Shown in pieces: positions 1 to 9,903 of a DNA stretch of 64,000 bases (its first letter is position 1; every line of letters begins with the position of its first letter). Made by a program: the position numbers and the translations under genes. The notes under the pieces were generated by a model. The model did no database searches. It was not told where the DNA came from and was given only the letters and a program-made list of their open reading frames with translations. Source of the DNA: a bacterium. GTDB taxonomy: Bacteria; UBA8248. The DNA lies in NCBI GenBank assembly GCA_965261085.1, contig OZ253442.1, positions 1,344,001 to 1,408,000 on the forward strand, given 5' to 3'.

Positions 1-1
1 C

Positions 2-1003
2 AAGGAGTGGGCGCGCACCGCCGCCCAGGAAGAAGCGCTCGCCAGAGAGGCCGAAGCGGCCGGCCACCGCGAATCGGCGGCCGAGTTCTATCACCGCGCC
101 GCGCTTTATTACGGCCCCGCCTGCGGCGTCATCCACAAGAACACGCCCCAGAAGCTCGAACTCTACGCGAAGATGATCGCCTGCTACGAGAAGTTCATCG
201 AGCTCTTCGATGAAGCCCCCGTGGAGCGCGTGGAGATTCCCTTTGAGAACGGAAAGACGATTCCGGGCATCCTGCAAACCGTGCCGGGGGTCGAAAACGC
301 GCCCTGTGTCATCATCGTTCCGGGGATGGACACCATCAAGGAATTTCTGCCGAATCCCTATCACAACCATTTCAGGCGGCGCGGCCTCGCCACGCTCAGC
401 ATCGACGGCCCCGGCCAGGGGGAGAGCAACACGCGCGAAACCTGGGTGACGCTCGATAACTTCGAGCGCGCAGGCTCTGCGGCGATTGATTTTCTCGAAT
501 CACGCCCCGAGGTGGACGCCGATAAAATCGGCCTCTACGGCTGGAGCATGGGCAGCTACTGGGGACCGCGTGTGGCGGCGCACGACGCGCGCTTAAAAGC
601 GTGCGTGGGCGCAATGGGCGTCTATCTCCAGAAAGACTCCATCTTCAAGCGCGGAAAGCCCGCCTACCGGGCGAACTACATGTATATGTCCGACACCTAT
701 GACGAGGACGCCTTTGACGCCATGGCCGAGGAGATGACGCTGGAGCACATTGCGGGCGACATCAAGTGTCCCACCCTCCTGGCGATGGGCGAGTTCGACG
801 AGCTTTGTCCCCTGGAAGACGCCGAGCGGCTCTTCGACCTTCTGGGCGGCCCCAAGGAGCTTTGGGTATATGAGAACGAAACCCACACGATGGGCGGACG
901 CCTGCCCGATTTCTACCTCATGGTGGCCGACTGGCTGCGCGACGCCATAGAGGGCCGCTTAGGCCCCGACCACGCCGAACGCAGGTTCTTCGAGGCGCGG
1001 TGA
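2..1003 (+). CDS. alpha/beta hydrolase (FrsA / 2,6-dihydroxypseudooxynicotine hydrolase-like), 5' end outside the window
   Basis: The frame of ORF 173..1003 is open back to position 2 (KEWARTAAQEE...). It has the GWSMG nucleophile elbow, DGPGQGES, and GEFDELCP / ETHTMG catalytic Asp/His motifs. Confidence 0.8.
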   Translation, partial: KEWARTAAQEEALAREAEAAGHRESAAEFYHRAALYYGPACGVIHKNTPQKLELYAKMIACYEKFIELFDEAPVERVEIPFENGKTIPGILQTVPGVENAPCVIIVPGMDTIKEFLPNPYHNHFRRRGLATLSIDGPGQGESNTRETWVTLDNFERAGSAAIDFLESRPEVDADKIGLYGWSMGSYWGPRVAAHDARLKACVGAMGVYLQKDSIFKRGKPAYRANYMYMSDTYDEDAFDAMAEEMTLEHIAGDIKCPTLLAMGEFDELCPLEDAERLFDLLGGPKELWVYENETHTMGGRLPDFYLMVADWLRDAIEGRLGPDHAERRFFEAR

Positions 1004-1082
1004 GAGCGGTTTCTTTTCACGCCGTCACCCGGCCGGTGATCTACTGAAAACATCACGAGCTTTCCCCAAAAGGACTCAACCA

Positions 1083-1811
1083 ATGACCCTAAGAAATGTG
1101 GTGCAAGGCTCCGACACGAAGGCGGGCCGCGCGTTCGATTCCGTCATATTCGTCCTGATTATCTCCTCGATCATCGCGCTGACTTTCGAGACGTGGCCCG
1201 ACTTGTCACCGGCTGCGAAACGGGCGTTTCATATTTTCGAGGTGGTTACGGTCGTTCTGTTCACAATCGAGTACGTTCTTCGCATAGCGACTTCGCCCGA
1301 GAAGAGGCGTTACATCTTCAGCTTTCATGGCATCATCGACTTGGTCGTCATTCTCCCGTTTTATCTTTCCCTCGGATTCGGTTTTTTTGCTGGATTCGAT
1401 CTTCGCGCGGCCCGCGCTCTTCGGTTGTTTCGTATTTTCCGTATCTTGAAAATCGCACGCTACAACAGAGCAATGGCGAGATTTGGAAAGGCCATTTCGG
1501 AGGCCAAAGAAGAAGTGATGATCTTCCTTTTCGCCGCGATAATGCTTCTCTATCTTTCGGCAGTGGGCATCTATTATTTCGAACGCGAGGTTCAACCCGA
1601 AAAATTCGGCTCAATCGTCCATAGTTTGTGGTGGGCTCTTGCTACGCTCACGACGGTGGGCTACGGAGACGTGGTTCCCGTAACAATAGGAGGCAAGCTG
1701 TTTACGTTCGTCATTTTGATGTGCGGCCTGGGCGTCGTGGCCGTGCCGGCGGGGATTGTCTCGTCGGCGTTGTCAAGAGTTGTGAGAAATGAAGATCAGA
1801 ATGGGGAATGA
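1083..1811 (+). CDS. voltage-gated K+ channel-like ion transporter (6TM)
   Basis: TTVGYGD selectivity filter, S4-like RALRLFRIFRILKIARY, AGGA RBS upstream. Confidence 0.9.
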   Translation: MTLRNVVQGSDTKAGRAFDSVIFVLIISSIIALTFETWPDLSPAAKRAFHIFEVVTVVLFTIEYVLRIATSPEKRRYIFSFHGIIDLVVILPFYLSLGFGFFAGFDLRAARALRLFRIFRILKIARYNRAMARFGKAISEAKEEVMIFLFAAIMLLYLSAVGIYYFEREVQPEKFGSIVHSLWWALATLTTVGYGDVVPVTIGGKLFTFVILMCGLGVVAVPAGIVSSALSRVVRNEDQNGE

Positions 1812-1940
1812 CTCTGCGGGGGTAGGGCTTTTGGTTATTGTCTCAAACGCGCTTTTCCTCATCGGCCCGATGCCGTATTCTAGGGCGGAAGCGATTCCCA
1901 TTTTCCCTGAAACGCACCTCATGTTCCGACGGAGAATTTC

Positions 1941-2969
1941 ATGAAAGCGGCTTTGCTTGAAAAAATAAGGGCTATGAGCGTGGGCGATCAGCCGGATCCC
2001 GGCCTTCCCGCCGACCATGTGCTGGTTCGCGTGGCCACCTCCGCCATCTGCGGCACGGACGTATCCATCTGGGCGGGGAAGATGCCCGCGCGCATCCCCC
2101 TCATCCCCGGCCATGAGTGCACGGGCACGGTGGAGCAGGTCGGCGAGAGCGTCACCCGCTTGAAGATAGGCGACCGGGTGGTGCTGAATCCTCTTTCCAG
2201 TTGCGGTTCTTGTTTCTACTGCGTGCGCGGGCTGACGAACATCTGCCTGAACGGCGGATTGAGAGGCCGCGAAGTGCCGGGCACTTTCGCCGAGTATATT
2301 GCCGTGCGCGAGACCGAAGCCTTCGCCTTTCCAGAGAACGTGAGTTTCGCCGCGGCGACGAACTTCGTGGGTCTTTACACGGTAGTCTACAGCCAGAGAA
2401 AAGCGCCCTATATTGCGGGCTCGCGCGTGGCCGTCCTGGGACAGGGCAGCAGCGGCCTGCTCCATACGCAGTTGGCGAAAGTCTCAGGCGCGGCGTCCGT
2501 GATCGCCGTGACGAGGAGCAAGTGGAAGCTCGAGGTGGCCCGGCAAATGGGTGCGGATGAAATCGTGCCGGCGGGCGAGGTGAACCCCGTGGAAGCCGTG
2601 CGTGAGTTGACCGACGGGCTCGGCGCCGACGTGGTGATCGAGACGGCCGGAGCCGCCCAGACCATGGTGCAGGCGTATGAGATGGTGCGGCCCGGCGGCG
2701 TCATCCTGCAATTCGGCATCGGGCCGGCTGCGGTCGACGGGGTGCCGGGCCAGGCCTATTACTTCAAGGATCTGACCGTCATCGGCTCGCGCGCAGGGCT
2801 CCCGGAGGATTTCGAGAGCGCCATCCGCCTGGTGGCGACCGGGCAAATCGACCTGGAACCCCTCGTCACCCACCACTTCGCGCTCGATGACATTCAGGCG
2901 GGCTTCGAATTCGTCGACTCAGGCGGGGACGGCGGCACGCTCCGGGCGGTGATCGAGATAGCGAATTGA
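1941..2969 (+). CDS. zinc-dependent alcohol/threonine dehydrogenase family (MDR)
   Basis: ICGTD, GHE, structural Zn motif CGSCFYC...C, GQGSSG nucleotide-binding loop. Confidence 0.9.
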   Translation: MKAALLEKIRAMSVGDQPDPGLPADHVLVRVATSAICGTDVSIWAGKMPARIPLIPGHECTGTVEQVGESVTRLKIGDRVVLNPLSSCGSCFYCVRGLTNICLNGGLRGREVPGTFAEYIAVRETEAFAFPENVSFAAATNFVGLYTVVYSQRKAPYIAGSRVAVLGQGSSGLLHTQLAKVSGAASVIAVTRSKWKLEVARQMGADEIVPAGEVNPVEAVRELTDGLGADVVIETAGAAQTMVQAYEMVRPGGVILQFGIGPAAVDGVPGQAYYFKDLTVIGSRAGLPEDFESAIRLVATGQIDLEPLVTHHFALDDIQAGFEFVDSGGDGGTLRAVIEIAN

Positions 2970-3089
2970 TTTGTACGGGCGCGCATTTGTTTCCGCTGTC
3001 GATGATCGAGGCGCCTGGACGCGGTGCGCGCGGCGGCGAGGTGATTTCCGTCGCGCGCGGGCTTATCTGTAGAAAACAAGGAGGTCGTC

Positions 3090-3962
3090 ATGGCTCTTGA
3101 ACACCCATACATTCGCATCGCCAACATAACGCCCGAGAAGCTGGACGAAAAAGAGGGTTGGAACGTCTCCGATTTCCGGGTGGTCGTCAGCGGGAAGGAG
3201 GGTTCCTCCTCCATCATGTACCACGCCACCCTGGCCCCCGGGGATCGCCACCACAAGCACCGCTACGAGAACTGCCAGATGCAGTATTACGTCGTGAGCG
3301 GCCACGGCCTCGCGGGAGCGGGGGCGGATCGCGCCGAGGTGCACGCGGGCCACTTCCACCTGATCCCAAAAGGCGTGGAGCACTGGCTCGTGAACCTGGG
3401 CAGGCACGATCCCCTCGTCATCATCGGGTTCTACGACCGTGTTCCCCATTTCAAGGACACCGGCCACGTCTATCTCGGCGACGTGGGCGAGGCCGACCTC
3501 GCCGCCCCGCGCACGTTAAGCGCCGCCGCCCTGCAGCATCCCCTCGTGCACAACGACTCGGTTCCCCACGTCAAGGTGTCGAAAGAAGAAGGCTGGACGC
3601 AGGATTACTTCAACGAGCCGCTCAATCGCAGCAACGGGGCGGGTTCATGCTGGATGCAGGGCTACTTCGGCCCCCACACCGTGCACATGAAGCACCGCCA
3701 CAACAATTGCGAGGAGATATGCTATATCCTGAAGGGCCGCGGTTTGGCCGGAATCGGTAACGATCGGGGTGAAGTGTTCGCCGGGGACGTCAACTACATA
3801 CCCGCCGCCACGGAGCATTGGCTCGCGAACATCAGCGACAGCGAGGATCTCTCGGCCCCCGGCTGGTACATCGGCGTGGGCGGACTCGATGAGAGCGGCT
3901 TCGAGTATCTGGGTCCGGTGACAGATGAGGATTTGAAACAACGAACGGGCGCGATTGAATAG
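3090..3962 (+). CDS. bicupin protein A
   Basis: Two cupin repeats (HHKHRYENCQ...EHW and HMKHRHNNCEE...EHW); AGGAGG RBS. Confidence 0.8.
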   Translation: MALEHPYIRIANITPEKLDEKEGWNVSDFRVVVSGKEGSSSIMYHATLAPGDRHHKHRYENCQMQYYVVSGHGLAGAGADRAEVHAGHFHLIPKGVEHWLVNLGRHDPLVIIGFYDRVPHFKDTGHVYLGDVGEADLAAPRTLSAAALQHPLVHNDSVPHVKVSKEEGWTQDYFNEPLNRSNGAGSCWMQGYFGPHTVHMKHRHNNCEEICYILKGRGLAGIGNDRGEVFAGDVNYIPAATEHWLANISDSEDLSAPGWYIGVGGLDESGFEYLGPVTDEDLKQRTGAIE

Positions 3963-4002
3963 CGCTTCCTGAAAGAGCAACCATTTTGTGAGGAACAGAC
4001 CG

Positions 4003-4860
4003 ATGGCGCTCCAATACCCCCTGGTTCATATAGACGATATCGCCCCCGAGAGGATGGAGGAAAAAGAGGGCTGGGCGATTTCCGAGTTTCGCCTGCCCAT
4101 CACCGGCGCGCACGGAAGCTCGACGACCGTCTTTCACTCCATCTTCCGGCCCGGCTCCACGCACGCGAAACACTTACACACCGAGTGTGAGGAAATCGCG
4201 GTCTACTTGAAGGGAAACGGCGTGGTCGGCCAGGGCGACCAACGCGCCGAGGTGCGCGAGGGCCACTGCCGCCTCATGCCCAAAGGCTCGACGCATTTCT
4301 TCTATAACGAGACGAAAGACGAGGAAGCGATGGTGGTCGGGTTTTATCTCGGTGCGCCGAGCGTCGCGGGCACGGGCTATCAATTTCGCGGCGACGTGAC
4401 CCAAGCGGACCTCGACATGCCGCGCGATGGGCTGACCGATGGCATCCTGGTTCATCTCGACGACGTGCCGCAACAGAACATGAACGAGGGGGAGGGATGG
4501 TCGATCACCGATTTCAGGCTTCCTCTCGGCAGGCGCAACGGCAGCGATACGACGCTTTTTCGCGCGCGTTTTTTCCCGGGCGCCGTGCACAAAAAGCACA
4601 GGCACGATAATTGCGAGGAAATCTACTACATCATCAGCGGCCACGGCCTGGCGGGCGCGGGCGCTGATCGCGTCGAGGTGCGCGGCGGTCATTTCCACTA
4701 CATCCCCAAAGGGGTGGAGCACTGGCTTCACAATCTGAGCGATACCGAACCCATCGAGGCGGTGGGTATCTACATCGGGAGCGGGAGCGTGGAGGAGACG
4801 GGCTACGTCTATATGGGAGACGTTACGGAAGAGGACATCAAGGAGCGGACCCCGCTCTAG
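4003..4860 (+). CDS. bicupin protein B, paralogue of the upstream gene
   Basis: Two cupin repeats (HAKHLHTECEE...THF and HKKHRHDNCEE...EHW); ATG at 4003 follows GAGGA. Confidence 0.8.
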   Translation: MALQYPLVHIDDIAPERMEEKEGWAISEFRLPITGAHGSSTTVFHSIFRPGSTHAKHLHTECEEIAVYLKGNGVVGQGDQRAEVREGHCRLMPKGSTHFFYNETKDEEAMVVGFYLGAPSVAGTGYQFRGDVTQADLDMPRDGLTDGILVHLDDVPQQNMNEGEGWSITDFRLPLGRRNGSDTTLFRARFFPGAVHKKHRHDNCEEIYYIISGHGLAGAGADRVEVRGGHFHYIPKGVEHWLHNLSDTEPIEAVGIYIGSGSVEETGYVYMGDVTEEDIKERTPL

Positions 4861-4924
4861 GGGCTCATCGGCGCTTTCAAGGCCCGGCGGAATATGGGAA
4901 TAGTTGCATCATGTATTTTATCTT

Positions 4925-4952
4925 TTGCCTTTTGCGCACGCCGTGGTATCCT
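4925..4952 (+). promoter_or_regulatory. putative sigma70 promoter of the nfuA-like gene
   Basis: TTGCCT-N16-TATCCT with an extended -10 TG. Confidence 0.35.
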
Positions 4953-5009
4953 TGAGGGGCATGGGGAATTGGCGCATATATACGAGACAAATCATTCGGG
5001 AGTAATGCC

Positions 5010-5558
5010 ATGAAGATAACCGAGGCGGCAGCCGGTAAAGTCAAGGAAATCATGGAGCAAAACGGCGGTGGTTTCGCCGGAATCCTGCTCAGTTTCGAGG
5101 GCGGCTACAAGCTCGACCTGGTGAAGGATGAGGATGTGGCCGAATACATCCGGGTAGAGAATTCCCTGCTGGGCGTTTTCGCCTCATCCGAGCACGTCGC
5201 CAGGGCGGAGAAGGCTCAAATCGAGTTCGTAACCGAAGGCCCTACGAGCGGGTTCAAGGTGACGCGCGAGATGTCGGATGGCGATGTGTCCCTCATCGAT
5301 CAGATTCAGGAGATTATCGACACGGAGATCAACCCGGCCGTCGCGTCCCACGGCGGCGTCATCAACCTGCTGGACGTGGAGGAAAAGCGTGTGTTCGTGC
5401 AGATGGGCGGAGGCTGCGCGGGTTGCGGCATGGCGGACGTGACGCTCAAATCAGGCGTCGAGGCGCGCCTGCAGCAACTAGACCCCGAGATTCAGGTGAT
5501 CGACACCACCGACCACGCATCGGGCTCGAACCCCTACTACGCGCCGACGAAAAAATAG
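5010..5558 (+). CDS. nfuA: NfuA-like Fe-S cluster carrier
   Basis: Degenerate N-terminal A-type domain (MKITEAAA..., SGFK) plus a NifU-C domain INPAVASHGG...GGGCAGC and C-terminal DTTDHASGSNPYY. Confidence 0.85.
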   Translation: MKITEAAAGKVKEIMEQNGGGFAGILLSFEGGYKLDLVKDEDVAEYIRVENSLLGVFASSEHVARAEKAQIEFVTEGPTSGFKVTREMSDGDVSLIDQIQEIIDTEINPAVASHGGVINLLDVEEKRVFVQMGGGCAGCGMADVTLKSGVEARLQQLDPEIQVIDTTDHASGSNPYYAPTKK

Positions 5559-5578
5559 TTTTAGTAAATAGCACGACG

Positions 5579-5608
5579 AAGGGCCGGCCGTTTGGCCGGC
5601 CTTTTTTT
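5579..5608 (+). terminator. intrinsic terminator between convergent genes
   Basis: GGCCGGCC-gttt-GGCCGGCC hairpin followed by a T7 run. Confidence 0.8.
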
Positions 5609-5611
5609 GTT

Positions 5612-6865
5612 CTATTCCCCGATATCGAAGCGGAGCTTCCCGTGCGCTAAGCGCAGAGCGGCTTCCACCTCTTCGGGCTTCTCTCCTTTGGCGAAGATAA
5701 ACCCCAGGTATCTCTCTCCCTCGGGCAGCGGCACGACGCGGCCGCCGATGTGGATGGATATGTCCAGGCTCACGATTCCGGGCACGGCGAGCGCGTCCTC
5801 CTTGCCCTCGACGCGCTTGAGCACCCCCGCTCCGGGTATGGGAATCATCATGACGCCAGAAGCCTTTTCCTCCCGCTCCACCGATGGCGGGGCCACGCCC
5901 AGGGCTTGGGAGAGAATGAGGTGTTCGAGCGAGGCGCCGCCGCCGAACTCGAGCGCGCCCGAGCATTTCCCGCCGATAGAGCGGCTAGCCACGTCGATCA
6001 CCCATATTCGGCCTTCCTCGTTGATTCTCAGTTCCGCGTGGAGTGGACCCTCGCGCAGGCGGATCGCCCGGGCCGCGCGAATGGTTTCTTCGCGGATTCT
6101 GGCTTGGCTTTCATCCGGTAGCCTCGAGGGCGTGACGTAGATGGTTTCCTCGAAAAAAGGACCCTCGAGGGGGTCGGGCTTGTCGAAGATGGCGAGAATG
6201 TGGACTTCCCCCCGCACGACGAGGCCTTCCACCGCCACCTCGACGCCCTCCAGGTAATCCTCCACCAGGATCATCCGCGCCTCCGGGCCGCCCCGGGCGA
6301 TGGTCTCGGGGTCTTCCAGTATCGCGCCGACCCGGCGGTAGGCCTCTGCGAACTCCGCCGGGTCGTTCGCTCGAATCACGCCCCGGCTTGCGGCCAGAAA
6401 GGTGGGCTTGAGCACGCAAGGGTAGCGGAGGCCTGCGGCGATTTTTTCCGGCTCTTCTTGTGCGGAGACCAGGCGAAAGGCGGGTGAGGGCAGGCCTTCT
6501 TCGGACAAGACTTTTCTGAGTTCATATTTGCTTCTCGTCGTGCGGGCGGCCTCCACGGGGTGGTAGGGCAAGCCCAGCGCTTCGGCGGCCATCGCGCCCA
6601 GGATGAGCGTGTCGTCATCCACCGGGGCGACCGCGTCGATGGGAAACTCTTTCGTGAACGCCTGTATGTGGGAGGCGCCCGCTTCGGGTTCGTTGTAATC
6701 GAGCGTGATGGAGCCGCCCGGGTTCAACTCGGCCAACAGGTCGGGCCTGTCGGTTCCCACCGTCAGGCGCAGTCCCATCTCCTGCGCCGCCGCCATATAG
6801 GCGGATGCCCGGTAGGTGGCCGTCGTCATCAGCAGGAGAACGCGCTCCCCTTCTTCAGGTGGCAT
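5612..6865 (-). CDS. ATP-grasp domain protein
   Basis: YPCVLKP...ASRGV, EDYLEGVEVAVEG, FDKPDPLEGPFFEET, HAELR motifs. Confidence 0.85.
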   Translation of the reverse strand: MPPEEGERVLLLMTTATYRASAYMAAAQEMGLRLTVGTDRPDLLAELNPGGSITLDYNEPEAGASHIQAFTKEFPIDAVAPVDDDTLILGAMAAEALGLPYHPVEAARTTRSKYELRKVLSEEGLPSPAFRLVSAQEEPEKIAAGLRYPCVLKPTFLAASRGVIRANDPAEFAEAYRRVGAILEDPETIARGGPEARMILVEDYLEGVEVAVEGLVVRGEVHILAIFDKPDPLEGPFFEETIYVTPSRLPDESQARIREETIRAARAIRLREGPLHAELRINEEGRIWVIDVASRSIGGKCSGALEFGGGASLEHLILSQALGVAPPSVEREEKASGVMMIPIPGAGVLKRVEGKEDALAVPGIVSLDISIHIGGRVVPLPEGERYLGFIFAKGEKPEEVEAALRLAHGKLRFDIGE

Positions 6866-7634
6866 ACCACCCGCCGTCCACCAGGAGCGATGTGCCGGTG
6901 ACGAGACTGCTCGCCTGTGAGGCCAGAAAGACGGCCGGGCCTACGAGTTCACTCATCTGCCCGAATCGGCCCATGGGCGTTCTGTCGCAGATGGCGTCGT
7001 AGATGAGTTTGTCTTCCTGGAGAGAGGCGGTGAGATCCGTTTCGATGTACGTGGGGCAGATGGCGTTCACCTGGATGTTCTCCTTCGCCCATTCGGAGGC
7101 GAAAACGCGGGTGAGGCCGATGACGCCGCTTTTGGAAGACGTGTAGGGCCCGTAGCACTGTTTGCGCGGGTTTCTGAACACCGACCAGCCCATGAGCGAG
7201 GAGATGTTGATCACCTTGCCGCCGCCCGCCTTTTTCATCTCCTCGCCCGCGCGCCTCGTGATGAAGAAGATGCTCTTTAAGTTCAGATCGAGCACCCTGT
7301 CCCAGTCCGCCTCGGTGATATCCCAAAGAGTTTTCCGCACGTTCGTGCCCGCGTTGTTCACCAGCACGGTGAGGCCGTCCAGCGCGGCGGCGGCTTCGAT
7401 CACCATGCGCTCGGCTGATTCCATATCGGTCACGTCGGTCTGGATGAGCGCGCATTTACGGCCCATGCCCTCGATGGCTTCTTTCGCCTCCTGGGCGGGG
7501 CTTAAGTCGATATCCGCGATGGCGACGTCTGCGCCTGCGGCGGCCAGGCCCTCGGCCAGCGTGCGTCCGATGCCGCGCGCAGCGCCCGTGACGAGCGCCT
7601 TGGCACCGCTCAGGTCGAATAGAGATTGGCTCAT
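6855..7634 (-). CDS. short-chain dehydrogenase/reductase (gluconate 5-dehydrogenase-like)
   Basis: TGAARGIG, NNAG, YTSSK, VDGGW. Confidence 0.9.
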   Translation of the reverse strand: MSQSLFDLSGAKALVTGAARGIGRTLAEGLAAAGADVAIADIDLSPAQEAKEAIEGMGRKCALIQTDVTDMESAERMVIEAAAALDGLTVLVNNAGTNVRKTLWDITEADWDRVLDLNLKSIFFITRRAGEEMKKAGGGKVINISSLMGWSVFRNPRKQCYGPYTSSKSGVIGLTRVFASEWAKENIQVNAICPTYIETDLTASLQEDKLIYDAICDRTPMGRFGQMSELVGPAVFLASQASSLVTGTSLLVDGGWYAT

Positions 7635-7824
7635 GTGTCGGTTCTCCTCTTCTTGGGGTGTCGGTTTTTCCCGATTCTCTCCGCCGGGGCGTTCCGGGTC
7701 AATGGGGGCCGGCCTTCTCGTTGGCCTTCATAAGAGAGTATGATAATCAATATGGAAATGTTTCTCTCCCCTTTGCGTTCTCGCATGAGAGTGGGTTCCG
7801 GTTCGCTTGGCGCAGGAGTGAACG

Positions 7825-9474
7825 ATGGTGAAAGCCGGGGATAACGGCGCGAAAAAAGAGCGTCCCATCCGCGAGGCTGCCTATAACTCGGGCAAGCCCG
7901 TGCCCGTGGTGTACGGGCCGGACGCGCCGGATGAGGCGTACCGCGATAAACTCGGCGCGCCTGGGGAATACCCCTACACGCGGGGCATCTACCCCACGAT
8001 GTACCGGGGTTCGCTCTGGACGATGCGCCAGTACGCGGGTTTTTCCACCTCGGCGGACACCAACGCGCGGTTTCATTTTCTGCTCGGAAACGGCCAGACG
8101 GGCCTCTCGATGGCTTATGATCTGCCCACCCAGCTTGGGCTCGACTCGGACGATGAGACGGCGCAGGACGACGTGGGACGCCTGGGCGTCGCCGTGGATA
8201 CCGTCGAGGACATGGCCGGTATTTTCGAGGGAATACCGCTGGAGCGGGTGAGCGTCTCGCACACCATCAACTCCACCGCCGCCATCATCCAGGCGTTCTG
8301 GCTCATCGCCGCCGAGCGCCAGGGAGTCGCGCTGGAGAAGCTGCGCGGCACGTTCCAGAACGACATGCTCAAGGAATACATCGGCCGGGGCACATGGATT
8401 TTCCCGCCCCGGCCCTCCATGCGTCTTGTGGCGGACATCATCGAGTACAACGCGAAGCACTGCCCGCGCGTGAACGCCATCAGCGTTTCCGCCACTCACA
8501 TCGCCGAGACCGGCGCCACCCTCGCGCAGGACGTCGCCTTTCCCATCCTGAACGCCCTGGCCTACATACGCGAACTCACCGGACGCGGCCTCCACGTGGA
8601 TGATTTCGTGCCCACCATGTCGTTTCACCTCTCCATCGGCGGAGGCGTAGGGCCCTTCAATCTGCTCGAATCCATCGGCAAGCTGCGTGCGGCGCGGCGC
8701 ATCTGGGCGCGCACGATGAAGGAGAAATACGGCGCGAAAAACCCGAAAACCATCCAGCTTAAGTTCTCGACCGGCAATTGCGGCAGTCGCATGGCGGCGC
8801 GCGAGCCGCTCAACAACATCGTGCGCCAGACGCTCTTCACCCTGGCCGCCGTGCTGGGCGGCACGCGCTCGGTCAATATGGCGTGCTTCGATGAGGCCTT
8901 TGAGATTCCCTCAGACGAGTCCATTCGCACGGCGCTCCGGATTCAGCAGGTGATAGCCCATGAGAGCGGCGTGGCCGACACCGTGGACCCGCTAGCGGGC
9001 AGCTTTGCGCTGGAAGCCGTGACCGATCAGGTGGAAGAGGAGATTCAGGCAATCGTGGATGATTACGAATCGCGCGGGGGAATCGTTCCCTTCATCGAGA
9101 GCGGCGAGATCCAGAGGCTGCTGGCGCGCCAGGCCTATGAGCATCAGCAGAAGATTGCGGCAGGCGAGCAGGTGTGGGTGGGCGTGAACAAGTTCACCTC
9201 AGAAGAGGAAGACCGCATGAGCGCGGGCGAGGGCCTCTACGAGATGGACGATTCGACCCTCGAGAAACAAAAGGCGCGGCTTGCGGAGGTGAAGGCCGCC
9301 CGCGATGCGGGAGAGGTGGCCGCGCAACTAGAACAACTGCAAAGAACGTGTGAGTCGAAAGAGAATCTGGTGCCTTGTTTAATGGAGGCAGCCCGCGCGC
9401 GCCTTACCGTGGGGGAGATGACGGAGGTGATGCGCGGTGTGTTCGGAAGCTATATGGAGCCTTCGGTGGTTTGA
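7825..9474 (+). CDS. B12-dependent acyl-CoA mutase, large (substrate-binding) subunit, methylmalonyl-CoA mutase family
   Basis: PGEYPYTRGIYPTMY, WTMRQYAGF, QNDMLKEY, FDEA, DPLAGS, VGVNKF; several active-site segments are divergent. Confidence 0.9.
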   Translation: MVKAGDNGAKKERPIREAAYNSGKPVPVVYGPDAPDEAYRDKLGAPGEYPYTRGIYPTMYRGSLWTMRQYAGFSTSADTNARFHFLLGNGQTGLSMAYDLPTQLGLDSDDETAQDDVGRLGVAVDTVEDMAGIFEGIPLERVSVSHTINSTAAIIQAFWLIAAERQGVALEKLRGTFQNDMLKEYIGRGTWIFPPRPSMRLVADIIEYNAKHCPRVNAISVSATHIAETGATLAQDVAFPILNALAYIRELTGRGLHVDDFVPTMSFHLSIGGGVGPFNLLESIGKLRAARRIWARTMKEKYGAKNPKTIQLKFSTGNCGSRMAAREPLNNIVRQTLFTLAAVLGGTRSVNMACFDEAFEIPSDESIRTALRIQQVIAHESGVADTVDPLAGSFALEAVTDQVEEEIQAIVDDYESRGGIVPFIESGEIQRLLARQAYEHQQKIAAGEQVWVGVNKFTSEEEDRMSAGEGLYEMDDSTLEKQKARLAEVKAARDAGEVAAQLEQLQRTCESKENLVPCLMEAARARLTVGEMTEVMRGVFGSYMEPSVV

Positions 9475-9887
9475 TGGCGAGAACTGAGAAGCGCATACGG
9501 GTGCTGATGGCGAAGCCGGGCCTCGATGGCCATGATCGGGGTGTGAAGGTAATCATCCACGCGCTCAGGGACGCCGGCATGGAGGTGATCTACTCGGGTC
9601 TGCGGCAGACGGATGCGCAGATAGTCGCCGTCGCGCTTCAGGAGAACGTGGACGTCATCGGCCTGAGCGTGCTCTCGGGCGCCTATATGGGGATTGCGCG
9701 CAGGCTCATGGCCAGATTGGCCGAAGAGGGCCTCGATGATTGCCTCGTCATCTTAGGCGGGAACATTCTCGAGCGTGACGTGGCGGAGCTCAAATCCTTA
9801 GGCGTCGCCGAAGTCTTCAACCACCATGCGGACATGGCCGAAATCGTCTCGTACATCAGGAATAATGTAGTAGCCGGCGCGGCCTAG
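9474..9887 (+). CDS. cobalamin-binding small subunit of the acyl-CoA mutase
   Basis: KPGLDGHDRG (DxHxxG) motif; ATG overlaps the upstream stop (TGATG). Confidence 0.9.
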   Translation: MARTEKRIRVLMAKPGLDGHDRGVKVIIHALRDAGMEVIYSGLRQTDAQIVAVALQENVDVIGLSVLSGAYMGIARRLMARLAEEGLDDCLVILGGNILERDVAELKSLGVAEVFNHHADMAEIVSYIRNNVVAGAA

Positions 9888-9903
9888 CGGCGGCGTATCT
9901 TTC

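Noticed and set aside
5010-5300. Missing Cys ligands in the NfuA N-terminal domain as a novelty
   Set aside because: A degenerate A-type domain is the normal NfuA architecture.
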